The position numbers were made by a program, and so were the translations under genes. Shown here in pieces: positions 26,711-41,191 of a stretch of DNA of 64,000 nucleotides. Under the pieces are notes generated by a model, which made no database searches, was not told where the DNA came from, and was given only the letters and a program-made list of their open reading frames with translations. The DNA lies in the NCBI RefSeq assembly GCF_000150275.1, contig NW_002060950.1, forward strand, positions 1,972,106 to 2,036,105, written 5' to 3'. The DNA comes from Trichoplax adhaerens. Lineage: Eukaryota; Animalia; Placozoa. Within the stretch, counting starts at the first letter, position 1. Each line of letters starts with the position of its first letter.

Positions 26711-28178
26711 ATGACGGAATTTCCTGCCCTCCACGTGTTCTTGCTAATGATCGCTGGATCTGTATTGCTAACCGCGTTGTGCCTCTTATGTGGCTGCTAT
26801 ATGCTAAAGTAAGACATGAAATTTTGGAGTTATACATAGCCTTTCGAGCGTTTAAATCTAACTCGCCGATTCTACTTTCAGTCTGAAGAAACATGGTAAG
26901 AAAGTTATGAACGCATCACTTGGCTATGAAGTGGTAGGTTTAGCTTCACTATTTACTGTGTACAGTATTATTGATCATTACGGTACAGTAAGACGAGGGT
27001 TTAATCGTGAAATTCCTATAGCGTAACTACGAAATAGCTCATAGTTAAATCCATGTTCAAATTGTTAGTATTATACGTTTCAGTATTATGTTTTTTCATA
27101 CTGTATCTGATTTTGCTAACGGTACAGTTCTCTAGCCCTAACTATTTTACATAAATCACTTCACACTTAAATCGTAAGCTACTGTGCTCTACGGTACATC
27201 GCAACCTCGTACTCGTGCGGTACAGTACAGTACAGTAATTAATAACCCGTGGAAGGTTCACGAGATAATAATGCAGTAGTACAGCATTATATTTAGGGGT
27301 TTAGGCAGTATTCTAGAAGTACAGTAGAACGCTTTCGATATTCTGTAGCAATATAATGACAACTACTGCACAATTGCAAGACAGCGTTTTAGTCTCGGGT
27401 CTTTCACAAACGCGATTCTATGCTGTTGATTTCACTGCTGAACGCTTTCAATTCTAAGTAATTCTGTTAACTGATAAATACGTGTGCGTAACTAAGCCCT
27501 GTTGAACTGTAGGCATGTAACTCAAAAGCTAATTTGTCATCGTTAGAGTCTATCAGGCTCATTTTTTCGGTGAACTAGTAAGCAAATGTTTAGCTAGCTT
27601 TTGTATTTGAGGTGGTTTTCCTCGCCAGGGACTATTACCCTTGCTATGGCATGCTCTGGGATATTAATAGTTACATCTCTCTCTATCACTAGATTAGCTA
27701 CAAGGAATCTGGCAAATGTCTAAATGTCGTAAGTACATTATAGTGTAACCGAATAAACGCTAACTTAGCTTGCTCATGCTTATTGAAACAACGTCAATTT
27801 GCCGTTATCGTATCTGCAAATTTATCATACGTATATAAGTATATATTAATTATTTCTGGTGGATTTTTAGAGCTGCCCAATATGCCTAGAAGATTTTAAG
27901 AAACGAAATACCATCGCCTATTGTAAATGTAGGCACGCATATCACGTATCGTAAGTTTGCCTCCTTATCTATTTATAATTTTCTAAGTTTTTACATGCCA
28001 TCGATTGGTGCCTTTCTTTCTGTTCAAATTTTACCTAAACCAGGTTGCTATTAATTGAATGCATTCAGTTGATATTGTGTGTTCTTTGGCTTTTTTCTGG
28101 TTTAGTTGTTTAACAACTTGGTTGAAGGTGAAAAATACCTGCCCCCTTTGCCAGCAAATGCCCATCGCTCACGTTTAA
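26711..28178 (+). CDS. RNF24/RNF122-like transmembrane RING-H2 E3 ubiquitin ligase (112 aa)
   Basis: Exons 26711-26808, 26882-26933, 27693-27728, 27871-27950 and 28106-28178 join in frame: MTEFPALHVFLLMIAGSVLLTALCLLCGCYMLNLKKHGKKVMNASLGYEVISYKESGKCLNVSCPICLEDFKKRNTIAYCKCRHAYHVSCLTTWLKVKNTCPLCQQMPIAHV. N-terminal TM helix ending in CxCY plus a complete C3H2C3 RING. An extra upstream exon is possible. Confidence 0.9.
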
Positions 28179-29482
28179 CAAGAAATTGTAGCGTAAAATC
28201 TCAGACTTGTACGAAACTGGACTCACAGAAACCCAAATAGTCGATGGCTTGACAATTTATACACAGCCCTAACGAGTGGCAATATGAAAATCAATGAACG
28301 ATATCAAAATACTGAGTATAGATATGCGGACAGCATATTATTTATACCAGGTCTATTTTATACACAGCTGCAGAGGAAGCGATCTGCAGACAATTGTTGA
28401 GCTACTGGCTCACGACATTAAAATTATAATGCTTGTATAATGATACGGTTATTACTGTACAGAATATAAATAAGAGTAAATGAGATACCACTGTACCGTA
28501 TACGTAATGTAATATCATGAATATTAAGCTAAATTAAATAATCTACTTACTAGTTGAACAATTCGAAGATATTGTTACTGTACACTAATTGCATAGTGCG
28601 ATATCCTAATTGTATTTATATAATAATTTCAATAACGCTTGGAATTAATTTGGAATGTTAATTTTCGTAGGTATACTGTACTGTACTGTATATCGCTATG
28701 AAATAAGCAATAAGATGTACATTTCGGAAATATATTATCATGTGACATGCGACATTAATGTAATTCTAAATCAATAGATATTCCGTCTTTTGTAAGAAAA
28801 TCTATTGATGATTTTTAAATTTTTTCTAATGAAAGAATCAGGATTTACTTTTCGATCTGATACCAATGGTAATTTTTGGCAAAATTACTGTAATATTACT
28901 TATACAATTTATTTATTAGTATATTGGATCCTGGAATCATAATGTTACAGTCTTACTATTCGATGATGTAGTAATTATAATGCAAGTGGCAAGATAGCCT
29001 GTTTCATAGCCTGAAAACAAAATAAATAAATCCAGTTGATAAAATAAGCTTACTGTGAATGATAGTACAAGCTATTTAGAATACAAGTTGGCACTACGCA
29101 CAGTCATGGGCTACTAAAATAGTCTCGTTGGATCATTTAGTAGTCCATGGTATCGCCCAGTGAAATGTGTGGTAGGTAGCCATAGCACGAAATCTTTCAT
29201 TATACGTATATATGTTGCGGCCAAAACCCGATATTCGGCCAATACGCTTATTAGCCGGTGCACGTATGATCCGCCTAATACTCGTATATGCCATACTCAT
29301 AGGCCATAGCTATGCAATGTACAGTACTGCATTGTACACTAGAGCGTTTCTGCATTATATACTTATGAGTGATTTTCCAATCGGGAATGGAATGCAATCT
29401 GGGCTAATTTTGAATTATGAAACATTTTTTCTCATGCTCAAGTGCAAGTTTTGAACTGCAGCAAGTATTGGAGTTTCTCGTT

Positions 29483-29531
29483 TACTCCCAACAATCCACA
29501 ATAAACAGAGTCGTGTCTTGGCTTTGCGGTG
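29483..29531 (+). repeat. Short dispersed repeat, second copy at 62190-62238
   Basis: tactcccaacaatccacaataaacagagtcgtgtcttggctttgcggtg closely matches tactcccaacaatccaccataagcagaattgcgtcttggtttgcagtg. Confidence 0.75.
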
Positions 29532-32500
29532 ATGCACTTTTCTCTGTGTTGCGTTAACTCTCTCTGCCGTGTATTTGACTAACTCAGAACAATATATAAA
29601 TGCCTCTTTTCTAAGATAACTCAGCCGTTACACGATGAAGGAAGCAAGGTCAATTTTTTGGGCTATAATTACTTGTTCGGGTGTAATCTATCTGCAGATT
29701 AAATTTGGTACTGTTCCTAGTGCACTCTACCTACTATTTCTACTCAATTAGTAGGACCCATTAAAAGCGAAATTTCCACTATTACTGTATACCAGACCTT
29801 AGCACAGTACTAGTACAGTAAAGATAAGGGCATGGCGTATTGGCAAGAATTTACTGCGTTTCTGATTTTACCTAGCGCCGTTGCTGCGAAGGTACCAACA
29901 GTGCAAATATCGACAGTAATGACAAACTTTAATAAATTGTCAATACCAGTACAGTGCTACCAGAGCACGATGAAGTAATTTATAAAATGTACGTACCTAC
30001 CTACTGAACGTGAGTTAAACTTATCAACCGTTCTGGTTTGCAATGTTGGTAATATACACTAATTTCGTACATCATCCTGAACAAGGACTACTATAGTTAA
30101 GATCTTTGATCTGACTCGCAGTGTAATAGGTGCATAGTTCCTATTATTATTTATTTACTATATTAGATACGATACAACTAAAGGTAGTACGGACTGCTAG
30201 ATCTCAAAGACAAAGTCTCCTCTTATGCCCCTCAGTCAGAGAGTCACAGACTCATCTTATGACACTATGGTATTATTATATATCCATCTTTGGAACTGGA
30301 TCAGCATTCGGTAATCCAATAATAATGACTCGAGGCAATTTACACAATCTGATGACGTAAAATAATTTCTAATGACGTTATATCGTGTATTATATCTACA
30401 CGGAATTGCATACGAGTACAGCTAATTAACTATTCATGATATGCCTAATTCTGATACGATATTTTATTAGAAGGCGCGATGAGTACAGTACGTAGAATTA
30501 TAGTTGTATCTTCTATACATACTTGCACCTTTAGCACCTTGAGAAACAGAATGAACTGAAAGTATGCAGTTTACTGTTTGACTGTACTAGATAGTAATTC
30601 AGGAATATGGTTTGTGCTGTAACTATTATTATAGTCAACAAGATCAGTAGATTTCCGTACAGATAGACGTTGCAGTCACTGAAAAGACTGTGAGATTAGA
30701 GTCTAATTACTCCAATACACAGTATTTGGCAGTTTCTGTTATCAACTAGTGCAACTCAGATCCCCTTGAAATGTGAGAGTAGACATAAGTTTAAAACGGA
30801 TTGTAGGGAGACGGCTTATTTGATTGATTGATCTATTGTACTGTACCGCCTAGCTTTTTGATATCAATAATATAGCCACCAAATAATCAAGAGCGAGCTT
30901 TCGATACCTCAATCCCTTAACTCTTAGTATTCAGAGATTGGCACTAGTACGCGTTACTTCATAGTCATAAACACTCTCTATTCAACATATGGTACACTAA
31001 TCTTCAACGTTTGATTCGATGTGAAGTAAAGCACTCTTATAGTACAGTATTTCGACTAATTGGTGGTGAATATCGTAAAGAATCTACTTTATCTATTTCT
31101 TATACAGTATACGAGTGTGTATATAAATTCAGCGCACTTATATTGACTACGAATTACTTTAACGTGAAAAAGGGCATGGCTCTTCAGAAGAATTACCCAG
31201 AAATACTTCTTGTAGCTTATTTAGCAATAGGTAAGTATCCAAAATTGTTCCTTTTGCCTAGTTGGAATATACGATAGAGCATTCCAATTGGAAATAGTGA
31301 TGAGTAAAATTTATCGATATGTTTACGCCAAAAAGATAAATATAGTCCTTCGTAATTAAACCCTATCAACATTTGCAAGTGAAAAATCTTTTAGTAGACT
31401 TACATTGTAATGACAGGATATTATTATCACCATCATTGCTATCTACGTACAGTATAATTTAAACTTCCAATTTATGTGAACGGGTAATTTTTTACTAGTA
31501 GTGATAATACTTGTAATACATGTCGGTCCTCGAGACACTAACGTAGAGTTTGCAACGCTACAATTGCAGTGTTGATTTAGAAACAGCTTTGGTGTAGTCT
31601 ATCGTTAATGACTGTTAGTAAATGATGTCTTCTTATTGCCCAATCCACGTCCCTACTCAATAAAACTATTGAATAAATTTCTGTTCATACTGTTGAATTA
31701 AATCAATAGCTATAAAATAACGAATTTTAGTATCCTTGTTACTCGCCCATTCTTAGCTTTCATGCTCACGCACGACATAGTAAAGTAGTGATAGAACTGC
31801 CGATTAATAAAAATGACTGTATGAGATCAATGTTAAGTAGACAATTAATTGCACCGTAAGATATACTCTCTGATAATTAATTAGTTGAGATTTAAGAATA
31901 TACGTTACCCGATCTTCGGATCTAAGATATTATTATCATCACTGTTGTATGTCCACACTAGTTAGTTATAGCGTTAACTGAAGCTACAGTATCCTATTCT
32001 GTTTGCCGAACACCATATAATCATATCGCAATAGATCATCGAACTAATGATATCGTTTAGCATATCTCGCTTATATGGATATTACTCATATCATTTGCTA
32101 TTAACGCAGTTTCGCCCAAATTTTTCAAAATATTTTTGTGTAATAATATCACGAAAGCTTTTTCCCGACCTTCGACCAGCAAGTGCAAAGATTCTGAGTG
32201 TGATAGATAGCGTTACTAGATGATGATGATCAGCTTATCGGTACCAAGTATTCCATATAGTAGAACTAGTACCTATATCATTAATTCTAACATGATTACA
32301 AACGGGTACATAATATAATTAATGAGTTCTCAATGCCAATTTAAAAAAAAAAACAATAATGAGAAGCTAATTGCAAATTATAAAGTCTTCCTTATCGGTA
32401 AGTATGTTATAACTGCTGGAAAAAAAATTTATGACTAATTATCGATCTTTCTTTAAATATTGTAATAGAAGCGCTGGATTGTAGGTGTAAGTCATTATTA

Positions 32501-34147
32501 CCGGAAATAAGATCAAAGGTCATAAATATTAACAGCTATTGTTAATAGGTGTAGTACTTGTATTTACTTACTAATAATTACGCATGTATGACGAACATTT
32601 TATTGCGCAAACTAAACTATATATATCATCCGATGAGGCATGAGATAGGTGTGGTTACGTTAGACGTATATTAAAAACAGAATTAAACGCAGTACCCTAT
32701 TGACGTAGTGAAGAACTTTCTTCTTATATACTTTAAAGCCACATAAATGTATTTATAATCGGGCGATCTCTGCTACCCACAGAGAAGCGAGAAAAGTCAA
32801 TACAGATATCAGACAGTAATTATGAGAATTGTCATTTCTACGATCGCTTACAATGGAATCTTAACAGTGCAAAGTTAATCCACTTTCAGCCTAACTAATT
32901 TGAGATGGACGGAATGTATAATTATATTAATTGTTAAGGCGCCTTGTGCAAAGCTGGAGGCTGAATAACATAAGTACAAGTGAGGGTAATACTGCTCTAA
33001 CAACTCGATAAAGAGTGAAGTCAGTTTTACATTTTATCTATGCGGATAATAAACATTCCGGAGCTGATTACTTACTCTGAAATTAATCATTTTTACGATT
33101 TCACCTCAATAGCTAAAACGAAAATTATAAAAGTTTTAATTGCCAGCTGACTTATACGATTATCTGATTATTATAAGATGACAGATTTGATTTCAAGAAT
33201 GTATTTTACTTATGTAACTGCATATTTAACGTTCCTAAATTAAAGTCAAGCTGTATTTCGCATAGAGGTACCTCTATTTTGTTTAGCCTTAAAGATAGAT
33301 AAATACTACTGTAGTAGGATATTGATATCTGAAATGAAATTATACCAATTACCTAGATGACAACCAATGTTATAGCTTTGATTTCCTGGTCTAAAACTTT
33401 TGTTTTCTACAATCTATCACAACGATGACAACATAGACGATTAATAATTATTCAGAGACTGGTACGACTATCATTTATTGTAAGGCATTACAGTTAATTT
33501 CTGAAGTCGCATATTGCGCCTACCTATTCAAACAATTAATGTCTTCAAACGGAAGTCATGTTGCGTTATAGCTTTTATAAGCATTGAAAACCTATATTTT
33601 GCAGTCATACTATTCAATATTGACAGGATGCTACAGAAAAATCGGTAAACATAAATATAGCTTCGAGTGATAAATTGAACATCTAAAGGATAAAAAAAAG
33701 GAGGGGATATAGTATCTGAACAATGTTGATGTATGATAATAGGAAGATATTGTATTGAATAAATAAGGACTTAAGATTGCCACAACCATCCTTTTATCTA
33801 TCAATCATGATTATCGTCACGAAATTAAACAATACGTACAAAGCTCGTCCTTCTAATTTCTTTTATTAACAGACATAATCTTGTATGAATATGCAATTAT
33901 CAACGTCTTCATTGATTTTTTGATTATGTTTAAAGTTTACGTACTATATTGTAAAATACAGTTTTATCCGACGACTACTAATATAAGCAATCATGCGTAT
34001 CCGATTAGTTAATTAAATAGGTAATCGGTACAGGCGAATATCGTTAACAAAAATTGCATTTCATCACAAATAGCAATCGATTTTGTCTTCTAAATCACAA
34101 GTGTGTGATACTTTTGCAAGTGATTTTAAATTTAATTACGTAACACC

Positions 34148-37100
34148 ATGATAAAATCTATCTTGTGGAAAGAATGTCTGACTTGTACCTTCCTGCATTT
34201 TTTAATCACCCTCCTAGCTTGCTTAACATTAACGGCAAGATGTGATAACACCATCGTGGCTAATATTGATGGGGAAACTATCAAAGGCAAAATAACGTTC
34301 AAACAATCAGCACCTTCATCATCCGTTAATATAAAAGTGTCATTAAATGGCCTAAACTCTACCGCAAGATGGGGAATAACATCAGGTTTCATCGACAACA
34401 ATGGAGATAATGATTGCAGTTCCTCTAACATTGGCTCTATTTATAATCCTCATCGGGTTCCATTAGGAGTTACTTGTGATATGCAAAATCAGCTCACAAC
34501 ATGTCCAGTCGGTAATTTAACTAGTAGATATGGTTTTATTCCTACTCATGGCCAAATAACATTTCAAGATACTTTACTTAATCTCAGCGGTAATTTATCA
34601 ATTGCTGGGCGAACTATGATCATTCAGGATAATAGTAAATGGCTCTGTGTTCGTCTGCTTGGGTCCGGTGTAGCAATTGTGATGTCTTCTAGAATGCATG
34701 GTCAGATTCAGGGTCGAGTTTTGTTTCACCAAGTTCAACCCATAACATCATCAAGTACATCTATAACTACATTATATTTGAGTTTAGCGGCACTGCATTC
34801 TTATGAAAATAACAGAGTTTACCAATGGCAAATTCGAGATACCTGTAATTCATCTGCTGCATATGCGCCTAACGGAGAACTTACTAGCAAACATGCCTAT
34901 CTAAGCGTTGATCCAACATTAACAAAGAATAAACTATTGATAAATGATCGCGATCTTCCATTAAATGGCAGTCGCTCCATTGAAGGAAAATATGTTGTTT
35001 TGTTTACTAATGACAGTAGCAAAACCATAAAGTCGTGTGGAATAGTTAAACGAATTCATCGGAAGATTCTCGAAGCCACTGTCAATAGTCAAGGAGTTAC
35101 AGGATCGATCAGACTTGAACAAAACTCTGAACTCGATCCTGTTCGCCTTCATGTAATGTTAAATAACTTGAATGGTCTAGCAACAACGTATGGTATTTAT
35201 CAGTATCCAGTAGGACTAAAACTTTCACCTACTGATAATCCTTGCCGAAGACTTGGCCAAATATATAATCCTACTAATATGAATATAAATCAACATTCCG
35301 CAATGAATCTATTACCTATTGGAGATTTGTCAGGAAAATTTGGAAATTTAACCAATCAATTAGGAGTTAATAGCAGTTTCTTGCATTACCAACTACAATT
35401 ATTTGGCGAATTTAGTGTTGTTGGACGCTCTATTGCCATCCGCTCTTCATCTGCAAATAGAGATTGGATCTGTTCAACTTTAAATTACCCTTCTCTACCA
35501 TTGATAAAAGCACAAGTTCGTCTGGTATTTCCTGTTGTAGGCAATATCATCTTTACACAGTATCGAGATGATCCGTACGCAGATACTAGTATATATATCA
35601 CCATTTCTCAATCTGGGCGAGATTCTCCTTCCGTAAATCATAACTGGCACGTTCATACTCAAGGTTATTTGACGGATACAATGTCAACAAGTGGTCGTTG
35701 TACTAGTGCCGCAGGTCATTATAACCCCTCCAATGTTAACATTTCGGCTAGCGACTATAAAGCTCGCTGTAAAGCAAATCCTATATTGTGTGAGCTAGGA
35801 GATTTATCTACACGCCAAGGTGGAATTAGTATAGGTGATCAAGTCAATCGTTACTATTATAATGATATTAATACACCATTAAGTGGTAAAAATTCTATTC
35901 TTGGTCGATCTGTGGTAGTTCATGCGAAGCAATATGGTGCTGGCCGGATTTCGTGCGGTAAAATAATGGAAATTGCAGTAGGTCACGCCACGGCTGACTT
36001 AAATCAATATGGAAAAATAAGTTTTCAGCAAGTTGATCCTGCTGCTATTACTATAGTGAACCTAAATTTAAAGAATTTAAACTCAGAAGTTAGCGCTAGC
36101 TATATTGGTAGCACTCCAAAATGTGATCCAATCGACATTTTTAACCCATTCCAGAAAGTATCTTCAGGTATCAAATCGTACAAATAAAAATATTTAACAG
36201 TGTTTAGAATCAACATTAAATTACTAGAATCATTCTTTAGGAAAGACTGATTTTATCATATGAATATGACAACTTTTTAAATACGTCCATCAATGTCATA
36301 TGGTTCTAAATAAATTAGAACATTCTATTGTTAATTTACTGTTTTTTCTATTTAACATAATTTATTTACAACGCTAAATTAAGGAACAATATAAAGTTTA
36401 ATACTTAATAATATCATGGGTATAGTCTATGCAAGCGTTAGTCGATACGATTTGCTTATACTGTATACTACCGCAATAATTCCGACATATCTACGGTATT
36501 ATATTGCACTAACATTACTTAGGACTGCCATTTAAGCTGTAAGGTATAGTATATGTGGACTTATAGTTTATTAAATAATATAACATTGCCTGCATTTAGT
36601 ATTATATAGTTAGAGTTTTCATCCCGTCTTTGTTTTATTATCCTTTAAGCCTAACTATTGTGTTTTGATCTTTCCCTTATGTAGCTATCGAAGGTAGCAC
36701 AAATGATCAGTATCCTGTCGGCAATCTTACTGGTAAACTTGGCATAAAATTAAATCATGCTTTGGTATTAATAGAAAAATTTCAAGATACCAATCTACCA
36801 TTGTTTGGTACGGAAAGTGTTATTGGAAGATCAGTGGCACTGATTGGTATAGCAAATGATAAGATAAAACAGTGTGCGACTTTACAACGTACACAGATAC
36901 CGGGTTCGTTTGTCGTAAGTGGAATCGCAATATTCAAGGGCCCGGCCGCGATTGGTAGTATTACTTTGGTAATATTGCAAATACTGTACAGCAACATTAC
37001 AGAATCAAACTACTTAATTTAAAATAAACTCTACTCATATGCCGTTTTATGACTTGGCTTTCACTATTAAGTTTCTATTAAGATTACCGAATATCATAAA

Positions 37101-39720
37101 TTAGATGTTATTTAAGCTGGAAGGCATAAATGGTTTATGTAACCGATGATTTTTATTCTATGCTAGAAAATAGATTTAACTAATTATTTTATTATTTACT
37201 GAATTATCGAAACGTACAGTATCATCTCTAGGTTATTGCAAACAGTCAGTTAGTAATAGTTGAAAAATGGGATAATATGCTTTCTTAAAATTATCGCAAT
37301 ATCTAGGAATTTTACAGCAGCTGATTTAAGTAGTGGTCATTTGACGCTGCTATACATTAGCTTAAAATTAGTGAATAATATCCATATAACAGATCAGCCA
37401 TTCTAATCAGATCAGATAATATCGTGCTACCTTAAATATACGTAATCAGCAAATCGAATGAATATGCTAGAAGACCATATACGTAATTACGATAATTCTT
37501 CGTCACCCATGTAATTTATAAATAGTGAAGATATCGTCGATATGGTATTAAATATGACTGATGCTACTGCTTTTCTTCGCTATTTTAGACCCAGACCATA
37601 TATTCTAAACGTTATGGGAGTAGCGAAACAACTATTTTCATCCAGATTCGACGAAATCAATCCTTACCAATTGTATGTACAAATAGTTGTAAGAGCAATC
37701 TACCAAATAGTTAATTGAATTCATTTTCAGCAATAATCGCATTAGATTAAAGCTTTCCATCTGAAAACCTATTTAATACTGCTTATAAAAACAACCAAAG
37801 AATACACGAATATCTAGGATGAAAAATTTATTTATCATTGCTTGATATCAATAGACTATTCAACATAATTGGCATGTCCATGAATCACCGGTTAATAATG
37901 ATGCTACTGCTAGCCAGGGTCGATGTGCAAGCACTGAAGGCCATTACAATCCCTTCATGGTTAACGTCACGGTATGACTGACAAATTTTTAAGCAAAAGT
38001 TGTACATCTTCTGAAGTAACAATTGTTAACTATGATAATATAGATTCTGAAAATATTAACAGTGTTTATCTAAAATTACTAATGAATATTAACCGAATAA
38101 ACTATTGATTTATAAAGTTTGATCTTATTGATAGTAATTTTTTGATGTAATCATTTAAGAAACCTGCATATACGCAACAATGCAATCGTGGCAATTATTT
38201 ACGTTGTGAGGTTGGCGATTCGAGTGGTAAATCCGAACAAATAAATATTACAGATAACTTTCAGTATCTGACTACGGACTCTTACCTACCTTTGAGTGGC
38301 GTCTATACAGGTAGCTAACTTAACAATGTAAAAATACATAGTTATACTTGTCTTTAATTTTTCACGTATTTAGCTTGAAACTTTAGATATCTAATCTTCC
38401 ATTCATACCGTGTAAATTTAATATTTTTAAACTGTATCAAGCGTCCGTCATCTTATCGACGGGAGCTTCATTTAACTTGGAGTAAAAATGCTCATAGTTC
38501 TGTATTATACACTTTAAAGGCTTAAGTTCAGTTACCATATTGTCCTGCATAACAAAATTTATTAGACTTGCTATCAGTCTTCATGCAGACTAAATCTAAT
38601 TTGTCCATACGTTAAATGTTTTACTAGGATATCATTATGATTTCATTTTCTAATAGTAAATTGTTGCCGATCTTTTAATACAATTAATGGGTTGTAGACT
38701 TTTTTTGCTTTCACTTAGAGCATTTAAGGAAGCCATTATAGTCCTAAATAGTTGAACTTAATTTTAAAAAATATTAGTTCTTGGGAGATCAATTGTAATC
38801 CATGCTGCAAATAGTGGCGGGGGCCGGATTGCTTGTGCTGATATTATCCCTCAAGTTGGGAATCATTCTGCTTTAATCACATTACCCAATACTGCATCCA
38901 AAAAATATAACACGTAAGTCAACTTGTAAGCCTATAGATTATACTGTATGTATATAAATGGATAGAAACGAATATTGCTATCATTTATTAATGTTGCATG
39001 TAATATTTTAAAGTATGGAAAATGATCAACATTAATTTAAGCTATGTTTTAATTGCATTATCTATCTACATTTAGTACAATTTTAAAGTCAATAATTAAA
39101 GCTATTGTGGGAAATGGTTACGACATTGTATATCCAACGTCAAGTTCTGGTAAAAAAGATTGCCAAGACGTGAAATTTTACCTTATAGGTTAGTGGCAGA
39201 ATATAACATTATTACGATTCTTCAAATTGAAATGTACTCGTTGAATTTTTTTCGTAAGTTTATTTTGATTTTGCGTGCATGATCTATTATAGAATTCGTA
39301 AAGTGGCATATTCGCTAATTGTGCCTGACTTAATGCGAGCGTATCATTAGATCAAGTCTATTACACTATTACAGTGTCATTATGACTATAACCGCTACTA
39401 ACCTAATGTGTTTTGTAATAAGGCTACAATGCTGCATCCAGGACATCATTAATCTATTCACTAATTCGAAGCAACTCAAGTCGACTTGGTGATTATATAC
39501 CTCTGCAAGTGTGCTCTGTCATAGGTTAGCTTAATCAGTAATATTGCTTACGATTGATGAATTTGAGTACGAAATCATTCCAGATTTTATTCCATTAATT
39601 AATCCTTACTCAATTTTGCTCTTATTAATCACACTCATAATAGGTTCCAGTCAAGCTCCTTTGCCTTCTCTACTTCTGATCTCAATTTTTTCTTTGTTAT
39701 GCAGTTTATTTGTTCATTAG
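34148..39720 (+). CDS. Multi-domain Cu/Zn-SOD-fold repeat protein (Rsod / Cu-only SOD repeat protein type), signal peptide + GPI-like tail, 1027 aa
   Basis: Exons 34148-36167, 36685-36968, 37589-37672, 37855-37971, 38160-38310, 38778-38913, 39076-39188, 39423-39524 and 39644-39720 total 3084 nt, in frame. About six SOD-fold repeats with YNP / G[DN]L[ST]G / L.G..S..GR[ST] motifs. Two have HNWHVH..GHYNP..GRS.V.H..GRI.C. C-terminus GSSQAPLPSLLLISIFSLLCSLFVH. Confidence 0.93.
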
Positions 39721-41183
39721 ATCTTTTTATTTATCGTAGTTAACAGATTCTTAGATCTATTGATAGCAACAGTTTTATGACGACTAGATATTTTTGTTTA
39801 CTTATTTTCCAAATATACTATTTCGGTTTATTTATTTAAGAATTTACGACGTGAATAGTAAAGATAATTACCGGCAATGAAAAATTTAGAATTAACATTT
39901 CTACCACAGCTTAAATCGATATGTGTTTCTCCTTTTTTAGTAATTATAATAATAATTTTAACTTAGTAGGAGACATTATCATTACTTAGTTCGATGTTGA
40001 TCCGATTAAGATTATCGTAATTCGTTTTCATAATTAATAAAAGTGATGAGGCCATAAGTGCAAACTTACTAAGCTAAGTAATTGCCCTATAACCTTATTA
40101 CGAATATTGTAGGTCTGATTTCATGTTAGCAGATAATTTAAAAATCATTTATAATAAAATATGATGTAGATTAGCAAAACGTTTTGTTGAAGATCGTAGT
40201 CAATATTTAATAGATTCAGTTTAATTGTCGTTTTAATCTGATCATGTTTTATTGTAATTGCCAAACTCGCATATTTATGCCTTACATTTTTCGAAATGGA
40301 TTAATTGAATAAAGTCGAGAGAGTGCAAAGAAACTATTTCCTATACCCGATTGCCTCTTTTCAGGCATTACTTAGGGACCAGTTCTAGAACGCATACCCG
40401 GATACGCTCAAATAACAATCTCAACGAGGATACAACACAGCTTAAAATTTAAGTGCCTATGCCTAACTAGATCCAAACTTCTACAGCGTAAATCAGGCAC
40501 AAGTACAAATTGCAGAAATAAATTCTAATGTGCAATGAAAGATTTTCCATTTTGTGAAATTTGATTAGACATTTTTTACCTCAAATACACAACGTTGGAA
40601 AGTACGGCACTGTATATCCAGTTGATAATATACTATACAATCATTAAATATTATTATCTAAACCTTCTTTAACATGTAAGTCTCGGAAGTTTATGGCGCG
40701 TGTTTTTAGTCAGCGGGTCCTTTTTTGCTATTATGCTAAAAATATGTATAAAATTATGGCTAAAGAATATTAGAACTCATTAAGGAAAAAAATTCAATAG
40801 CTACACGACCTTCCCATTATAATTTTTAACGACAGTTCGTGCCTTATCCAGATGGAATGCGTGATACTGCCCATTCTAAATGAATGAATTTATTAGTGCA
40901 AGCGTTCGTATGCAATGAAATCACTCTCTACATTGCACAGCAGGTAGTCTTATCCTAGGTTATATTTCTTTGAAATAAAGAAAAAGTCATTTAAAAACAA
41001 GGTCATCCATTCTCGTGGGGTTAAATGTACTTTTAAAATCTCAGCAGTTGAACAATGAATGATAAATAGTTAATTGTTGTATCTTACTGGTTGTCAATTC
41101 TTGTTATAGTTTTACATTTTATTAACATTTCAATAACCCTTCAAGAAGATTCCGTAGCTGCTGTATTTAAGTTACGGTAAAGG

Positions 41184-41191
41184 TATATAAA
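41184..41191 (+). promoter_or_regulatory. Putative TATA box of the oxidoreductase gene
   Basis: TATATAAA about 105 nt upstream of the ATG at 41297. Confidence 0.35.

Noticed and set aside
26583-26894. 103-aa minus-strand ORF
   Set aside because: Antisense shadow of RING-gene exons 1-2 with no recognisable domain.
36168-36187. Stop codon of the 679-aa ORF taken as the gene end
   Set aside because: A GT donor at 36168 and eight downstream in-frame exons continue the protein to 39720.
34132-36997. Minus-strand ORFs at 34132, 34961 and 36782, and the similar ORF at 44415
   Set aside because: Antisense shadows of the SOD-repeat gene. The resemblance between the 34132 and 44415 ORFs only reflects the duplication.
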